NCBI GenBank assembly: GCA_009694135.1
Contig: SHVS01000011.1
Span: 3,972 to 67,971, forward strand
Source of the DNA: Alphaproteobacteria bacterium
Lineage (GTDB): Bacteria; Pseudomonadota; Alphaproteobacteria; UBA6615
Direction of reading: 5' to 3'
Length of the DNA stretch: 64,000 bases
Shown: positions 21,358 to 30,695 of the stretch, one piece after another
How the letters are laid out: every line of letters begins with the position of its first letter
Numbering within the stretch: position 1 is the first letter of the stretch
Program-made: the position numbers and the translations under genes
Notes under the pieces: generated by a model
Database searches by the model: none
Seen by the model: only the letters and a program-made list of their open reading frames with translations
What the model was told of the DNA's origin: nothing

Positions 21358-22291
21358 GTTCGGTCGGCTGGAAGGTGCCGGCCTGGCCGGCCTCGACAAT
21401 GCCGCGGCGGATTTCGCGCGTGCGGCGGAACCAGGTTTCCAGCTTCTCGCCCTCGCCGAAGCGGATCGCGCGTTGCAGGGCGGTCAAATCCTCGTTGAAG
21501 CGCGCGAGCATTTCCAACACCGCCTCGCGATTGGCGAGGAAAATATCGCGCCACATCACCGGATCGGAGGCGGCGATACGCGTGAAATCGCGGAAACCGC
21601 CGGCTGAAAATTTAATCACCTCGGCCTGTTCAACCCGGTCATTGGGGCGGGCGGCGGCGCGCAGCTGGCCTTCCAGCTCGGTCGCCGTGCCAACGATGGT
21701 ATAGGCGATCAGATGCGGCAAATGGCTGGTCGTCGCCAGCACGCGGTCGTGATGCGCCGGGTCCATGAGTTCGACTCGGCTGCCGACCTTGCGCCACAGC
21801 TCGCTGATGCGCTTCACCGCCTTGGCGTCGGTTTCCGGCGTCGGGGTCAAAATACACCAGCGATCCTGGAACAGCTCGGCGAAACCCGCTTCTGGCCCGG
21901 AATGTTCGGTGCCGGCGACCGGATGGCCGGGGACGAAGGCGATGCCCGGCGGCAAATGCGGCAGCAGATCGCGCAGCGTCGACATCTTGACCGAACCGAC
22001 ATCGGTGACGATCGCGCCTTTTTTAAGACGCGGACCGATGGCGCGCGCGATGGCCGAATAGGTGCTCAAGGGGGTGCAGATCACCACCAAATCGGCGCCT
22101 TTGACCGCCGCAGCCGGATCGGCGTGGGCGGTGTCGGTCAGTTTGAGTTCGAGCAGCTTGGCGCGTGTTTCCGGCGTGCGCGCGCAGCCGGTGATCTTGC
22201 GCGCAAGGCCGTATTTTCGGAGTGCGCGCGCGAGCGACGAGCCGATCAACCCGACGCCGATCAATGCCACCGTGTCGAACATGGTTTTCAT
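21251..22291 (-). CDS. tyrC: prephenate/arogenate (cyclohexadienyl) dehydrogenase
   Basis: Rossmann VALIGVGLIGSS, catalytic GHPVAGTEHSG; basic C-terminal tail overlaps the convergent neighbour. Confidence 0.85.
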   Translation of the reverse strand: MKTMFDTVALIGVGLIGSSLARALRKYGLARKITGCARTPETRAKLLELKLTDTAHADPAAAVKGADLVVICTPLSTYSAIARAIGPRLKKGAIVTDVGSVKMSTLRDLLPHLPPGIAFVPGHPVAGTEHSGPEAGFAELFQDRWCILTPTPETDAKAVKRISELWRKVGSRVELMDPAHHDRVLATTSHLPHLIAYTIVGTATELEGQLRAAARPNDRVEQAEVIKFSAGGFRDFTRIAASDPVMWRDIFLANREAVLEMLARFNEDLTALQRAIRFGEGEKLETWFRRTREIRRGIVEAGQAGTFQPTEPTGSKPAASPKRPARGKPSRPRKKAAARSPASRRR

Positions 22292-22294
22292 GGC

Positions 22295-23398
22295 TTAGCT
22301 CAAAAACCGATCGAGGGCGGCGAGCAGGGACTTCATGTCTTCCTCGCGGCCGACGGTGATGCGCAGCCATGCCGGCAACGCATAGGGAGTCATATCGCGC
22401 AGGATCAGCCCGCGCGATTTGAGAAACGCGAGCGCCGCGGCGGCGTTATGCTTGGCATCGTGCGGGAACTGCGCGAGCACGAAATTGCAGACCGAGTCAG
22501 TGGTTTTGATCCCGCGCTTGCCAAGCTCGGCGATCAGGAAGGGGCGCATGGCATCGTTGAGCGCGCGGGCGCGCGACGTGTGTTCGTCGTCTTCCAGTGC
22601 GGCGCGCGCGGCGACCAGCGCCGGCGTCGAGACATTGAACGGCCCACGCAGCCGGTTCAGCGCGTCGGCGACCGCCGGCGGGCAATAAGCCCAGCCGATG
22701 CGCAGCGCCGCCAACCCGTAAATCTTGGAAAAGGTGCGCGTTACCACGACATTGGCATGCGCGCTGACCAGTGCCTCGCCCGCTTCGTAATCATTGCGCC
22801 CGACATATTCGGCATAGGCGGCGTCAAGCACCAGCAGGCACTCAGGCGGCAGGCCGGCGTGCAGCCGGTTCAGTTCGTCGCGGTCGATATAGGTGCCGGT
22901 CGGATTATTCGGATTGGCGATGAACACCACGCGCGTGTGCGGGGTCACGGCGGCGAGCAGCGCATCGACATCCGTCGTCAAGACGCGCTCGGGCGCGGCG
23001 ACCGGGGTCGCGCCTACCGCGCGCGCGGCGATCGGGTAAACCAAAAAGCCGTGCTGGCTATAAAGCACCTCATCGCCCGGTCCGGCATAGGCGCGGGCGA
23101 GCAGGGCCAGAAGTTCGTCCGATCCCGCGCCGCACACGATCCGCGCCGGATCGATCCCATGCCGCTCGCCCAGGGCCTTGCGCAGCTCCGTCGCCCCGCC
23201 ATCGGGGTAAAGATGCAGCTTTTCCGCCGCCGCGCGATAGGCCTCGATGGCGCGCGGGCTGGGGCCGAGCGGGGTTTCGTTCGAAGCCAGCTTGATGACG
23301 CGCGCGACGCCGGGGACCGTGGATTCGCCGCCCACATAGGGCGCGATCTCCATGATGCCGGGACGCGGCTGGGGGGCTTGCGGGCGTTTGCCGGTCAT
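22295..23398 (-). CDS. hisC: histidinol-phosphate aminotransferase
   Basis: [15 protein letters not shown]-lysine region [16 protein letters not shown]; hisC-tyrC gene pair. Confidence 0.9.
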   Translation of the reverse strand: MTGKRPQAPQPRPGIMEIAPYVGGESTVPGVARVIKLASNETPLGPSPRAIEAYRAAAEKLHLYPDGGATELRKALGERHGIDPARIVCGAGSDELLALLARAYAGPGDEVLYSQHGFLVYPIAARAVGATPVAAPERVLTTDVDALLAAVTPHTRVVFIANPNNPTGTYIDRDELNRLHAGLPPECLLVLDAAYAEYVGRNDYEAGEALVSAHANVVVTRTFSKIYGLAALRIGWAYCPPAVADALNRLRGPFNVSTPALVAARAALEDDEHTSRARALNDAMRPFLIAELGKRGIKTTDSVCNFVLAQFPHDAKHNAAAALAFLKSRGLILRDMTPYALPAWLRITVGREEDMKSLLAALDRFLS

Positions 23399-23414
23399 GC
23401 GTGGGGCGGGAAGC

Positions 23415-24275
23415 TTAGGGCGCCAGCTCTTCGCGGGTCAGCGGCTCGGCATAAAGGCCAAGGCGCGCCACGCGCGCGAAGATCGGCGAAAGGCGGGCGA
23501 AGCAGCGCGTGACCCGCTCTTCGGCGGGATCGACGGCGCCTCTGACATCGGCCAGATGCAGGCTGCGCCCGGCGCGCGCGGTAGCCGGATCGCTGGCGAG
23601 GATCGCCGGCGGCAGCTGTCCCGCTTCCATGGCCGCGTGCAGCTTGGCGCGGCTAAGCGGCTCCGTGGTCTCGATCACCAGGAGCGTGCGATCGCGGCCG
23701 GTCGTCTCGAACTCCGCCCGGGCGATGACCAAGCCCTCGCTGGATGCCGAGCCGGCGGCAAACGGCAGACGCGTGACCACGCGCAAGCCGAACTCGACAT
23801 TACGGGCCAGCAGCGTCCACCACGGGTTGGGGTCCTCGGGCATTGGCAACGGAAGGATGCCGACCGAGGCCTTGCCTTCGGCGACGCAGGCCACGACTTG
23901 GCCCGCAGAGGCGAAGAGTTGCAACGGCACCGAAGCGCCAAAGTGATCGTGCGCCAATTCCCAGCTGCCGCTGCCGTCGGGCCCGCGTAGCGCCGCCGCG
24001 CGGAAATCGATCTGCTGGCGGATGCCGGCGCCCTGGATCTCGCGCCAAAGCCGCACCAAGCTAGGCTTGGAAAAGGGCCCGCGGTGGCGCGCGACGATGC
24101 GGCGCAAGACCTCGGCCTCGCGCCCCGGGCGATACCAGTGGGCGTTGCTTTGCCGTTTGATCTGCGCGATCTCTTCCACCACGCCGGAGCGCTCGATCAA
24201 CAGATCGTGCAAGCGGTCGTCGATCGCATCGATACGGCGACGCAGCCCGTCAAGGCCTGGGGCAGGTGCGCTCAT
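23415..24275 (-). CDS. chorismate mutase (AroQ) with C-terminal prephenate-dehydratase-like domain
   Basis: [30 protein letters not shown] AroQ helix motif; internal ATG (MSAPAPG) of listed ORF 23415..24395. Confidence 0.7.
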   Translation of the reverse strand: MSAPAPGLDGLRRRIDAIDDRLHDLLIERSGVVEEIAQIKRQSNAHWYRPGREAEVLRRIVARHRGPFSKPSLVRLWREIQGAGIRQQIDFRAAALRGPDGSGSWELAHDHFGASVPLQLFASAGQVVACVAEGKASVGILPLPMPEDPNPWWTLLARNVEFGLRVVTRLPFAAGSASSEGLVIARAEFETTGRDRTLLVIETTEPLSRAKLHAAMEAGQLPPAILASDPATARAGRSLHLADVRGAVDPAEERVTRCFARLSPIFARVARLGLYAEPLTREELAP

Positions 24276-24439
24276 GTCCAGTTCGCAGGGTATGAATGCA
24301 ACGTCTGTGTGAGTGACACGACGCGTTGCCAAAAGCAAAGAAAACCTTGACAGTTGAGGCCGATCCGCCACGTCTTGCGCCTCTTTACTGGCCACCTCGG
24401 GCCGCTTGTTCGCGCGCCAAGAATGGGAGGAGGGGCGTC

Positions 24440-25639
24440 ATGTCTGGTTCGTCAAACAGTCCTGGCCCTACCGCCGCCGAGCGCCCACTCGGTTTCGCTC
24501 GCCTGCGCGATCTTCCCGGCCATAGGCTGGACCGCCATGGCCAGCCACCATTGCCGCTCGATTGCGGCGTGGCGCTGGGCGATCTGACCATCGCCTACCA
24601 GACCTACGGCCAGCTTAACGCCGACCGCAGCAACGCCATATTGGTGTGCCATGCGCTGACCGGCGATCAGTTCGCGGCCGAGCAGCATCCGGTTACCGGC
24701 AAGCCCGGCTGGTGGCAGCGTGTCATCCGTAGCGGGGGCCCGCTCGATCTGGCGCGCTACCATATCATCTGCGCCAATGTGCTCGGCGGCTGTATGGGTA
24801 CGACCGGCCCGACCGAGGTCAACCCGGCGACCGGCGAGGTCTATGGCTTGCGTTTCCCGGTCATCACCATCCGCGACATGGTGCGGGCGCAGAAGCTGCT
24901 GATCGATCATCTCGGCATTGACCGGTTGTTCGCCGTGATCGGCGGCTCGATGGGCGCGATGCAGGCGCTGCAATGGGCGGTCGATTATCCGGAGCGCGTC
25001 TTCGCCGTGGTCCCGATCGCCGGCGCGGCACGCCATTCGGCGCAGAACATCGCCTTCCATGAGGTCGGTCGGCAGGCGATCATGGCCGATCCGGAATGGT
25101 GCGGCGGCGACTACCTGCGCCAGGGCAAGCGTCCGGAACGCGGCTTGGCCGTCGCGCGCATGGCGGCGCATATCACCTATCTGTCGGAGCCGGCGCTGCA
25201 CCGCAAATTCGGCCGCACGCTGCAGAACCGGGCGCATGTCACCTATGGCTTCGACGCCGACTTCCAGGTCGAGAGCTATCTGCGCCACCAGGGGTCGAGC
25301 TTCGTCGAACGCTTCGACGCCAACTCGTACCTCTACATCACGCGGGCGATGGATTACTTCGATCTAGCCGGCGACCATGGCGGTGTTTTGGCCAATGCCT
25401 TCCGCGGCTCGGTCGCGCGCTTTCTGCTGATCAGCTTTTCATCGGATTGGTTATTCCCCACGCCCGACTCGCGCGAGATCGTGCACGCGCTCAATGCCGT
25501 GGCCGCGCGCGTCTCCTTCGTCGAGATCGAGACCGACGCGGGGCATGATGCCTTTCTGCTCGACGTGCCGGAGTTCTGGCGCACGCTGACCGGCTTTTTG
25601 GACGGCGCGGCGGAACAGCGCGGGATCGTGCGCCCATGA
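24440..25639 (+). CDS. metX: homoserine O-acetyltransferase
   Basis: [10 protein letters not shown], catalytic [12 protein letters not shown] (GxSxG) alpha/beta hydrolase; RBS ggaggagg before ATG 24440. Confidence 0.9.
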   Translation: MSGSSNSPGPTAAERPLGFARLRDLPGHRLDRHGQPPLPLDCGVALGDLTIAYQTYGQLNADRSNAILVCHALTGDQFAAEQHPVTGKPGWWQRVIRSGGPLDLARYHIICANVLGGCMGTTGPTEVNPATGEVYGLRFPVITIRDMVRAQKLLIDHLGIDRLFAVIGGSMGAMQALQWAVDYPERVFAVVPIAGAARHSAQNIAFHEVGRQAIMADPEWCGGDYLRQGKRPERGLAVARMAAHITYLSEPALHRKFGRTLQNRAHVTYGFDADFQVESYLRHQGSSFVERFDANSYLYITRAMDYFDLAGDHGGVLANAFRGSVARFLLISFSSDWLFPTPDSREIVHALNAVAARVSFVEIETDAGHDAFLLDVPEFWRTLTGFLDGAAEQRGIVRP

Positions 25640-26259
25640 ACCGGCCGGCGACCTGGACCGCGCCGCAGGGGGGCAAGATCCGCCTCGATTTGCAAATGGT
25701 CGCCGACATGGTCGAGGCCGGCAGCCGGGTACTCGATGTTGGTGCCGGCGACGGCACGCTGCTCGCCTATCTGGTGCATGGCAAGCAGGCCGACGGACGC
25801 GGTATCGAGATCGCGCGCGACGGCGTGACCGCCTGCGTGTCGCAAGGGCTGGCCGTCATCCAGGGCGACGCCGAGGAAGACCTCAAGGACTACCCGGCCG
25901 ACTGCTTCGACTATGTGATCCTGTCGCAGACCCTGCATGCGATGCGCGACGTGCGCGGCGCGCTGGAGCAGCTGCTCCGCATCGGCCGGCGCGCTATCGT
26001 GAGTTTCCACAATTACGGCCATTGGCGGATGCGCGGCTATTTCCTGTTCCGCGGGCGGGTGCCGCTGATCCACGCGCGCAGCTGGTCGGATACGCCCAAC
26101 ATCCATCCGTGCTCGATCGTCGATTTCCTGACGCTGGCCGAAGGTATGGGGATCAAAATCGAGCGCGCCATCACTTTGAATGGTCGCGGCCGGAAGGTCG
26201 GCGGGCCGTTCGTGAATTTGCGCGCCGAGCAGGCGGTGTTTTTGCTCAGCCGGGCCTAG
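25636..26259 (+). CDS. metW: methionine biosynthesis protein MetW
   Basis: SAM-methyltransferase-like [11 protein letters not shown], 4-nt overlap with metX. Confidence 0.88.
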   Translation: MNRPATWTAPQGGKIRLDLQMVADMVEAGSRVLDVGAGDGTLLAYLVHGKQADGRGIEIARDGVTACVSQGLAVIQGDAEEDLKDYPADCFDYVILSQTLHAMRDVRGALEQLLRIGRRAIVSFHNYGHWRMRGYFLFRGRVPLIHARSWSDTPNIHPCSIVDFLTLAEGMGIKIERAITLNGRGRKVGGPFVNLRAEQAVFLLSRA

Positions 26260-26342
26260 CTTTTTGCCCCCAGCGCCGGCCGGTGTCGGCGAAGAGCAGG
26301 GGCCTCGCCGATGTGACCACCGGCAAGGCCCCAGTCAAAAAC

Positions 26343-28994
26343 CTAGCTCTGGCCCTCGCCTATAAACCGGTTCCACCAGCCGCGCTTGCGCGGCGGAGCG
26401 TCGCCGGCCGCGGGTTCCGGAGCGGATGCGGCGGCGCCATTGGTATGCGCGCTGACGACCGGCGCGGCCTGGGGCGGAGCGACCTCAGTCGGCGGTGTTA
26501 CCGGTTCAGCAATGGTTAGGGGCTCGACCGTGACTGCGGCCGGCGCCTCGGCCTCCATGGCCACGCGGGCGCGCGAAGGCCGCCGCCGCACGCGCGGTGC
26601 GTTCTCCAATGCAAAGGCTTCTCCCGCGATCGGAGCAAACTCCGGTGTCGCGTGTGTCTCCGGCGCCTCGACCGACATCATCGGCTCGCGTTCCAGCGCC
26701 GCCATGGCGGCGACGGTCGGCGGCACAGTCGCCGCGGATGCGCTGGCGGCGAAATCCGGCATCGCATCGGGCGAACTCTCGGGCTGCACCGGAAAGGGGC
26801 CCGGCACTAAGTCTTCGGGACCTCCCGGTGTGCGTGGTGCGCTGGTCTCGGTACCTGCGGTCTCGAAACCCGGAGCGCCCTCGCGGCCGCGGCCGCCGCG
26901 ACCCCGACGTCGACCGCCGCGCCTTCCGCGCCGACGGCGACGGCCTTGCTGGCCCTCGCCCGCTTCATCGCCGGGACGCGGCGAAGCTGGTGCGGGAGGC
27001 AGTGAATTCCCATCGGCATCCGTGGCCGCAACCGTCTTGATCCCGACGTCTGATTCGGCTGACGCGGCGAGGGCGACCGGGGCAGGAAAAGGCGCTGCGG
27101 TTAGTGGCGTCGTATCGCGCTGTCCGCCGCGGTCGTCTCCTGGACGCCGCCTACGCCGGCGCTGGCGACGGCGGTCGCGGCCTTCTTCCCCGTGCTCGGT
27201 TTTCCGTGGCTCGCCATCTTGTGTTGGCTGTGACTGCTGGCCAGGCTCGGGCTGGGGGGCTTCCGCGGACTCGTCTTCTGTCTCCTCGGTCTCGTCCGCC
27301 TCGATGGGCTCGGGCTCGGGCGCGACGCGCACCGGCTCCGGCGTCGGGGGCGGGACTGGGACCAGAGAGGCGCGGTGCTCCACCCTGAAGTCCGGCTGAA
27401 TGATCGTCGCATCGGGCGTGAAAATCACGCGGAAGGCGTAGCGCTGTTCGATGGCGGAGAGCGCCGCGCGCTTGTGATTGAGGATGTAGAGCGCGACCGA
27501 TTCCGGCAGGTTCAGCACCAACTCGCCGCCGCGCTGGCGCATGCCTTCCTCTTCCAGAGCGCGCAACAGGCGCAGGGCGCTGGATTCGGTCGATCGAATG
27601 TGTCCGACGCCGCCGCACGTCGGGCAGGGCAGGTTATTCGCCTCGACCATGCTCGGCCGCAAACGCTGGCGCGAAAGCTCAAGCAAGCCGAAGGGCGAGA
27701 TGCGCCCGACCTGCAAACGCGCGCGGTCGCTCTTCATCGCGTCCTTGAGCACGCGCTCGACGGTTGCATTGTTGCGCGCGTGCTCCATGTCGATAAAGTC
27801 AATCACGATCAGCCCGGCCAGGTCGCGCAGCCGGAGCTGGCGCGCGACTTCCTCGGCCGCCTCGCGATTGGTGGCTAGCGCTGTTTCCTCGATGTTACGC
27901 TCGCGGGTGGCGCGGCCGGAGTTGACGTCGATCGCGACCAGCGCTTCGGTCTGGTTGAGAACGATATAGCCGCCAGAGCGGAGCTTGACCGTGGGCTTCT
28001 GGATCTCGTCGAGCTGTGATTCAATGTGGAAGCGGTGGAACAGCGGCGATGCCGCCTCGGCATAGTACTGCACGCGCTTGGTATGCGAGGGCAGCATGGT
28101 CTTCATGAAGGCCTTGGCGGTCTTGTAGGCCTCTTCGCCCTCGACCAGGACTTCCTCGATCTCCTTGGCATAGATGTCGCGCAGCGCGCGCTTGATGATA
28201 TTGGCCTCTTCGTGGATCAGGCACGGCGCCGTCGAATTGAGCGTGCGTTCGCGGATTTCGTCCCACAGCCGGCGCAGATATTCATAGTCGCGCTTGATCT
28301 CGGCCTTGCTGCGTTCCATGCCGGCCGTGCGCAGGATGACCGCCATGCCGGGCAGGACCGCCAGCTCGCCCAGGATCGCCTTGAGCCTGCGGCGGTCCTC
28401 GCTGCTTGAAATCTTGCGGCTGATGCCGCCGCCGGAGGCGGTGTTGGGCATCAACACGCAATAGCGTCCGGCGAGCGACAGGTAAGTGGTCAGCGCCGCG
28501 CCCTTGTTGCCGCGCTCTTCCTTGACGACTTGCACCAAGAGGATCTGTCGCCGCTTGATGACCTCTTGAATTTTGTAGCGGCGTGAGAGGGCATTGATCC
28601 GTTGCCGCTCGGTCGCGCCGGCGCGGGCGAAATCCTCGGTCTCGTCGCCGCCGACCGAATCGACGCTCTCGCCGGTCTTGGCCCCCTCGTCCTCGCGCTC
28701 TTCCTCGCCGCTTGCTTGCTGGGCAAGCAGCGCCTCGCGATCCGAGATCGGGATGCGGTAGTAATCCGGATGGATTTCGTTGAAGGCGAGGAACCCGTGC
28801 CGATTCCCGCCGTACTCGACAAAGGCGGCTTGGAGCGAGGGCTCTACGCGGACGACCTTGGCGAGGTAGACATTGCCCTTGAGCTGCTTCTTGGTCGAAG
28901 TCTCGTGATCAAACTCGACCAGTCGATTTCCGTCGATCACCGCGACGCGGGTTTCTTCCGCGTGCGTGGCGTTGATGAGCATACGTTGCGTCAT
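26343..28994 (-). CDS. rne: ribonuclease E
   Basis: MLINATHAEETRVAVIDGNRLVEFD..., S1 and DNase I-like domains, Zn-link CPTCGG, long Arg/Pro/Glu-rich C-terminal scaffold. Confidence 0.92.
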   Translation of the reverse strand: MTQRMLINATHAEETRVAVIDGNRLVEFDHETSTKKQLKGNVYLAKVVRVEPSLQAAFVEYGGNRHGFLAFNEIHPDYYRIPISDREALLAQQASGEEEREDEGAKTGESVDSVGGDETEDFARAGATERQRINALSRRYKIQEVIKRRQILLVQVVKEERGNKGAALTTYLSLAGRYCVLMPNTASGGGISRKISSSEDRRRLKAILGELAVLPGMAVILRTAGMERSKAEIKRDYEYLRRLWDEIRERTLNSTAPCLIHEEANIIKRALRDIYAKEIEEVLVEGEEAYKTAKAFMKTMLPSHTKRVQYYAEAASPLFHRFHIESQLDEIQKPTVKLRSGGYIVLNQTEALVAIDVNSGRATRERNIEETALATNREAAEEVARQLRLRDLAGLIVIDFIDMEHARNNATVERVLKDAMKSDRARLQVGRISPFGLLELSRQRLRPSMVEANNLPCPTCGGVGHIRSTESSALRLLRALEEEGMRQRGGELVLNLPESVALYILNHKRAALSAIEQRYAFRVIFTPDATIIQPDFRVEHRASLVPVPPPTPEPVRVAPEPEPIEADETEETEDESAEAPQPEPGQQSQPTQDGEPRKTEHGEEGRDRRRQRRRRRRPGDDRGGQRDTTPLTAAPFPAPVALAASAESDVGIKTVAATDADGNSLPPAPASPRPGDEAGEGQQGRRRRRGRRGGRRRGRGGRGREGAPGFETAGTETSAPRTPGGPEDLVPGPFPVQPESSPDAMPDFAASASAATVPPTVAAMAALEREPMMSVEAPETHATPEFAPIAGEAFALENAPRVRRRPSRARVAMEAEAPAAVTVEPLTIAEPVTPPTEVAPPQAAPVVSAHTNGAAASAPEPAAGDAPPRKRGWWNRFIGEGQS

Positions 28995-29380
28995 TCAGTG
29001 TTGTTCCTATGGAGTCGATGGCGACGCTCTGGCGGCCGGGGCACGGCTCCGGCGCAAACTGCGCCAGGCGTCCGCGCGAATCCCGGTCCAGCCGAGTCGC
29101 ACCATGAGGGATGAGATATGTGGGAGAAAAAGAAGCGCAGCGCCCGCGCGCCATCGGTGTACGCGGCGCGGCGGCACCAACCGAACCCAGTCGCGGGGTG
29201 TGGCGCGGCGCGGCCGGGAATTCCCGGCTTATCGCGCGCGAAGTCGCGTTGGTTGAGACCTCGGTCGGTTGCGTGACGAACATTTATCCTGGATTTCAGA
29301 TCCGGGTTTCACCTATTGTGGCGCCCGCAGCGCGGCAATCCCTTGGCCCAAGCCCCCCTGGTCCAAGCAGTGACTAAGGA
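28995..29380 (-). promoter_or_regulatory. long (~390 nt) leader/promoter region of rne; candidate autoregulatory 5' UTR
   Basis: Unusually long non-coding interval before rne with several GC-rich inverted repeats; RNase E genes commonly have long structured 5' UTRs. Confidence 0.3.
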
Positions 29381-30601
29381 TTGGCGCTACGGACCGGCTG
29401 TACACGCAATATATGGTTCGGCGCAAGAGTGATTAAAGCTGGGGGCCTCGCGGCGCTGCTGTTTTTTATGGTTGCCGGGACGGTGTCGGCGGCGCCGACG
29501 TTGGCTGTCCTCGACGTGCGTCTTGGCGTGCATCCGACCTATACCCGAGTCGTGCTCGATTTAAGTGCCTCCGCGCAGCCGAAGGTGTTCGGCCTGGTCG
29601 ATCCCTACCGTATCGTGATCGAATTGCCGGAATCAGCGTGGCCCCGCCTGCCGACCCCGAACGACGCCGGTGGGCTGGTGGCGCGGGCGCGCTGGTCGAC
29701 GGTGCGCCCCGGAGTCGGACAGGTGGTCCTGGGCTTGACCGGGCCGGTGCAAATCTATGCCCAAATGATGTTGCCCCCGAGCGAAGGTGCGCCGTGGCGC
29801 TTCGTGCTCGACCTTGCTCCCGGGACCAAGGAAACTTTCGCGCAAGGGGCGGCTGCTCCGCAGCCCCGGCCCAAGCCGCGCGAATTGAGCGCGCAGCCGG
29901 TCCGCAAGCCGGTTGTGGTCATCGATCCCGGCCATGGCGGGGCCGACCCGGGAACGATCGGCCCGAGCGGAGTGCCGGAAAAGGAACTCGTGCTGGCCTA
30001 TGCGCGCAGCCTGCGCGAGGCGCTGCTCGCGACGGGCCGCATCGATGTCGTTATGACGCGCAACGCCGATGTGTTCATGCCGCTGCGCGCACGTAACGAG
30101 CTGGCGCATGGGGCCGGGGCCGATCTTTTCGTCTCGCTGCATGTCGACAGCGAGCCGACGCATAGCAGCCGCGGGTTTTCGCTCTATATCCTCTCGGAGA
30201 ATGCCACCGACACCGAGGCCGCGGCGCTGGCGGCCAAGGAAAACAAGGCCGACATCATCGCCGGCGTCGATCTGGGGCAATACCCGGCTGAAGTCGCCAA
30301 TATCCTGATCGATTTTGCTCAGGCCAAGACCAATGAGATGTCGATGTCCTTCGCCCGCGACTACATTTTGACCGAAATCGGCCCGCTGACCCCGCTGGTC
30401 CAGCGCCCGCTCAAAAGCGCCGGATTCGCCGTGCTCAAGCTGCCGGACGTGCCGTCGATCTTGGTCGAACTGGGATATTTGAGCCACGCGGCCGAAGAAA
30501 AGACCCTGTTGCGCGACGACCACCGGCGTAAGATCGCCCAGGCGACCGCCAAAGCGATTGACCGGTACTTTACCGAAACTCGGCAGCTGCGCAGGCCGTA
30601 A
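29381..30601 (+). CDS. amiC: N-acetylmuramoyl-L-alanine amidase (AmiC-type, AMIN domain plus Amidase_3)
   Basis: VVVIDPGHGGADPG and FVSLHVDS zinc-amidase motifs; start uncertain (TTG 29381 or GTG 29429 giving signal peptide MIKAGGLAALLFFMVAGTVSAA). Confidence 0.85.
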   Translation: MALRTGCTRNIWFGARVIKAGGLAALLFFMVAGTVSAAPTLAVLDVRLGVHPTYTRVVLDLSASAQPKVFGLVDPYRIVIELPESAWPRLPTPNDAGGLVARARWSTVRPGVGQVVLGLTGPVQIYAQMMLPPSEGAPWRFVLDLAPGTKETFAQGAAAPQPRPKPRELSAQPVRKPVVVIDPGHGGADPGTIGPSGVPEKELVLAYARSLREALLATGRIDVVMTRNADVFMPLRARNELAHGAGADLFVSLHVDSEPTHSSRGFSLYILSENATDTEAAALAAKENKADIIAGVDLGQYPAEVANILIDFAQAKTNEMSMSFARDYILTEIGPLTPLVQRPLKSAGFAVLKLPDVPSILVELGYLSHAAEEKTLLRDDHRRKIAQATAKAIDRYFTETRQLRRP

Positions 30602-30695
30602 TCATGCCATACTCGGACGCTAGGAATACGGCCCCGACAGACGTCTCCGCGACCGGCGAGCGGCGCGGTATTATCGCATCAGGAAGAGGCTAGGG

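Noticed and set aside
24276-24439. Possible SAM-II riboswitch in the metX leader
   Set aside because: metX is often SAM-II-controlled in alphaproteobacteria. I could not find the U-rich loop / AAAGCU-type pseudoknot elements or a convincing P1 hairpin. The region looks like a plain divergent promoter with a strong RBS (ggaggagg). A covariance-model search would settle it.
26260-26342. Putative terminator between convergent metW and rne
   Set aside because: Only a weak 6-bp GC stem (ggggcc...ggcccc) with a 22-nt loop and no U-tract. It is not convincing enough to annotate.
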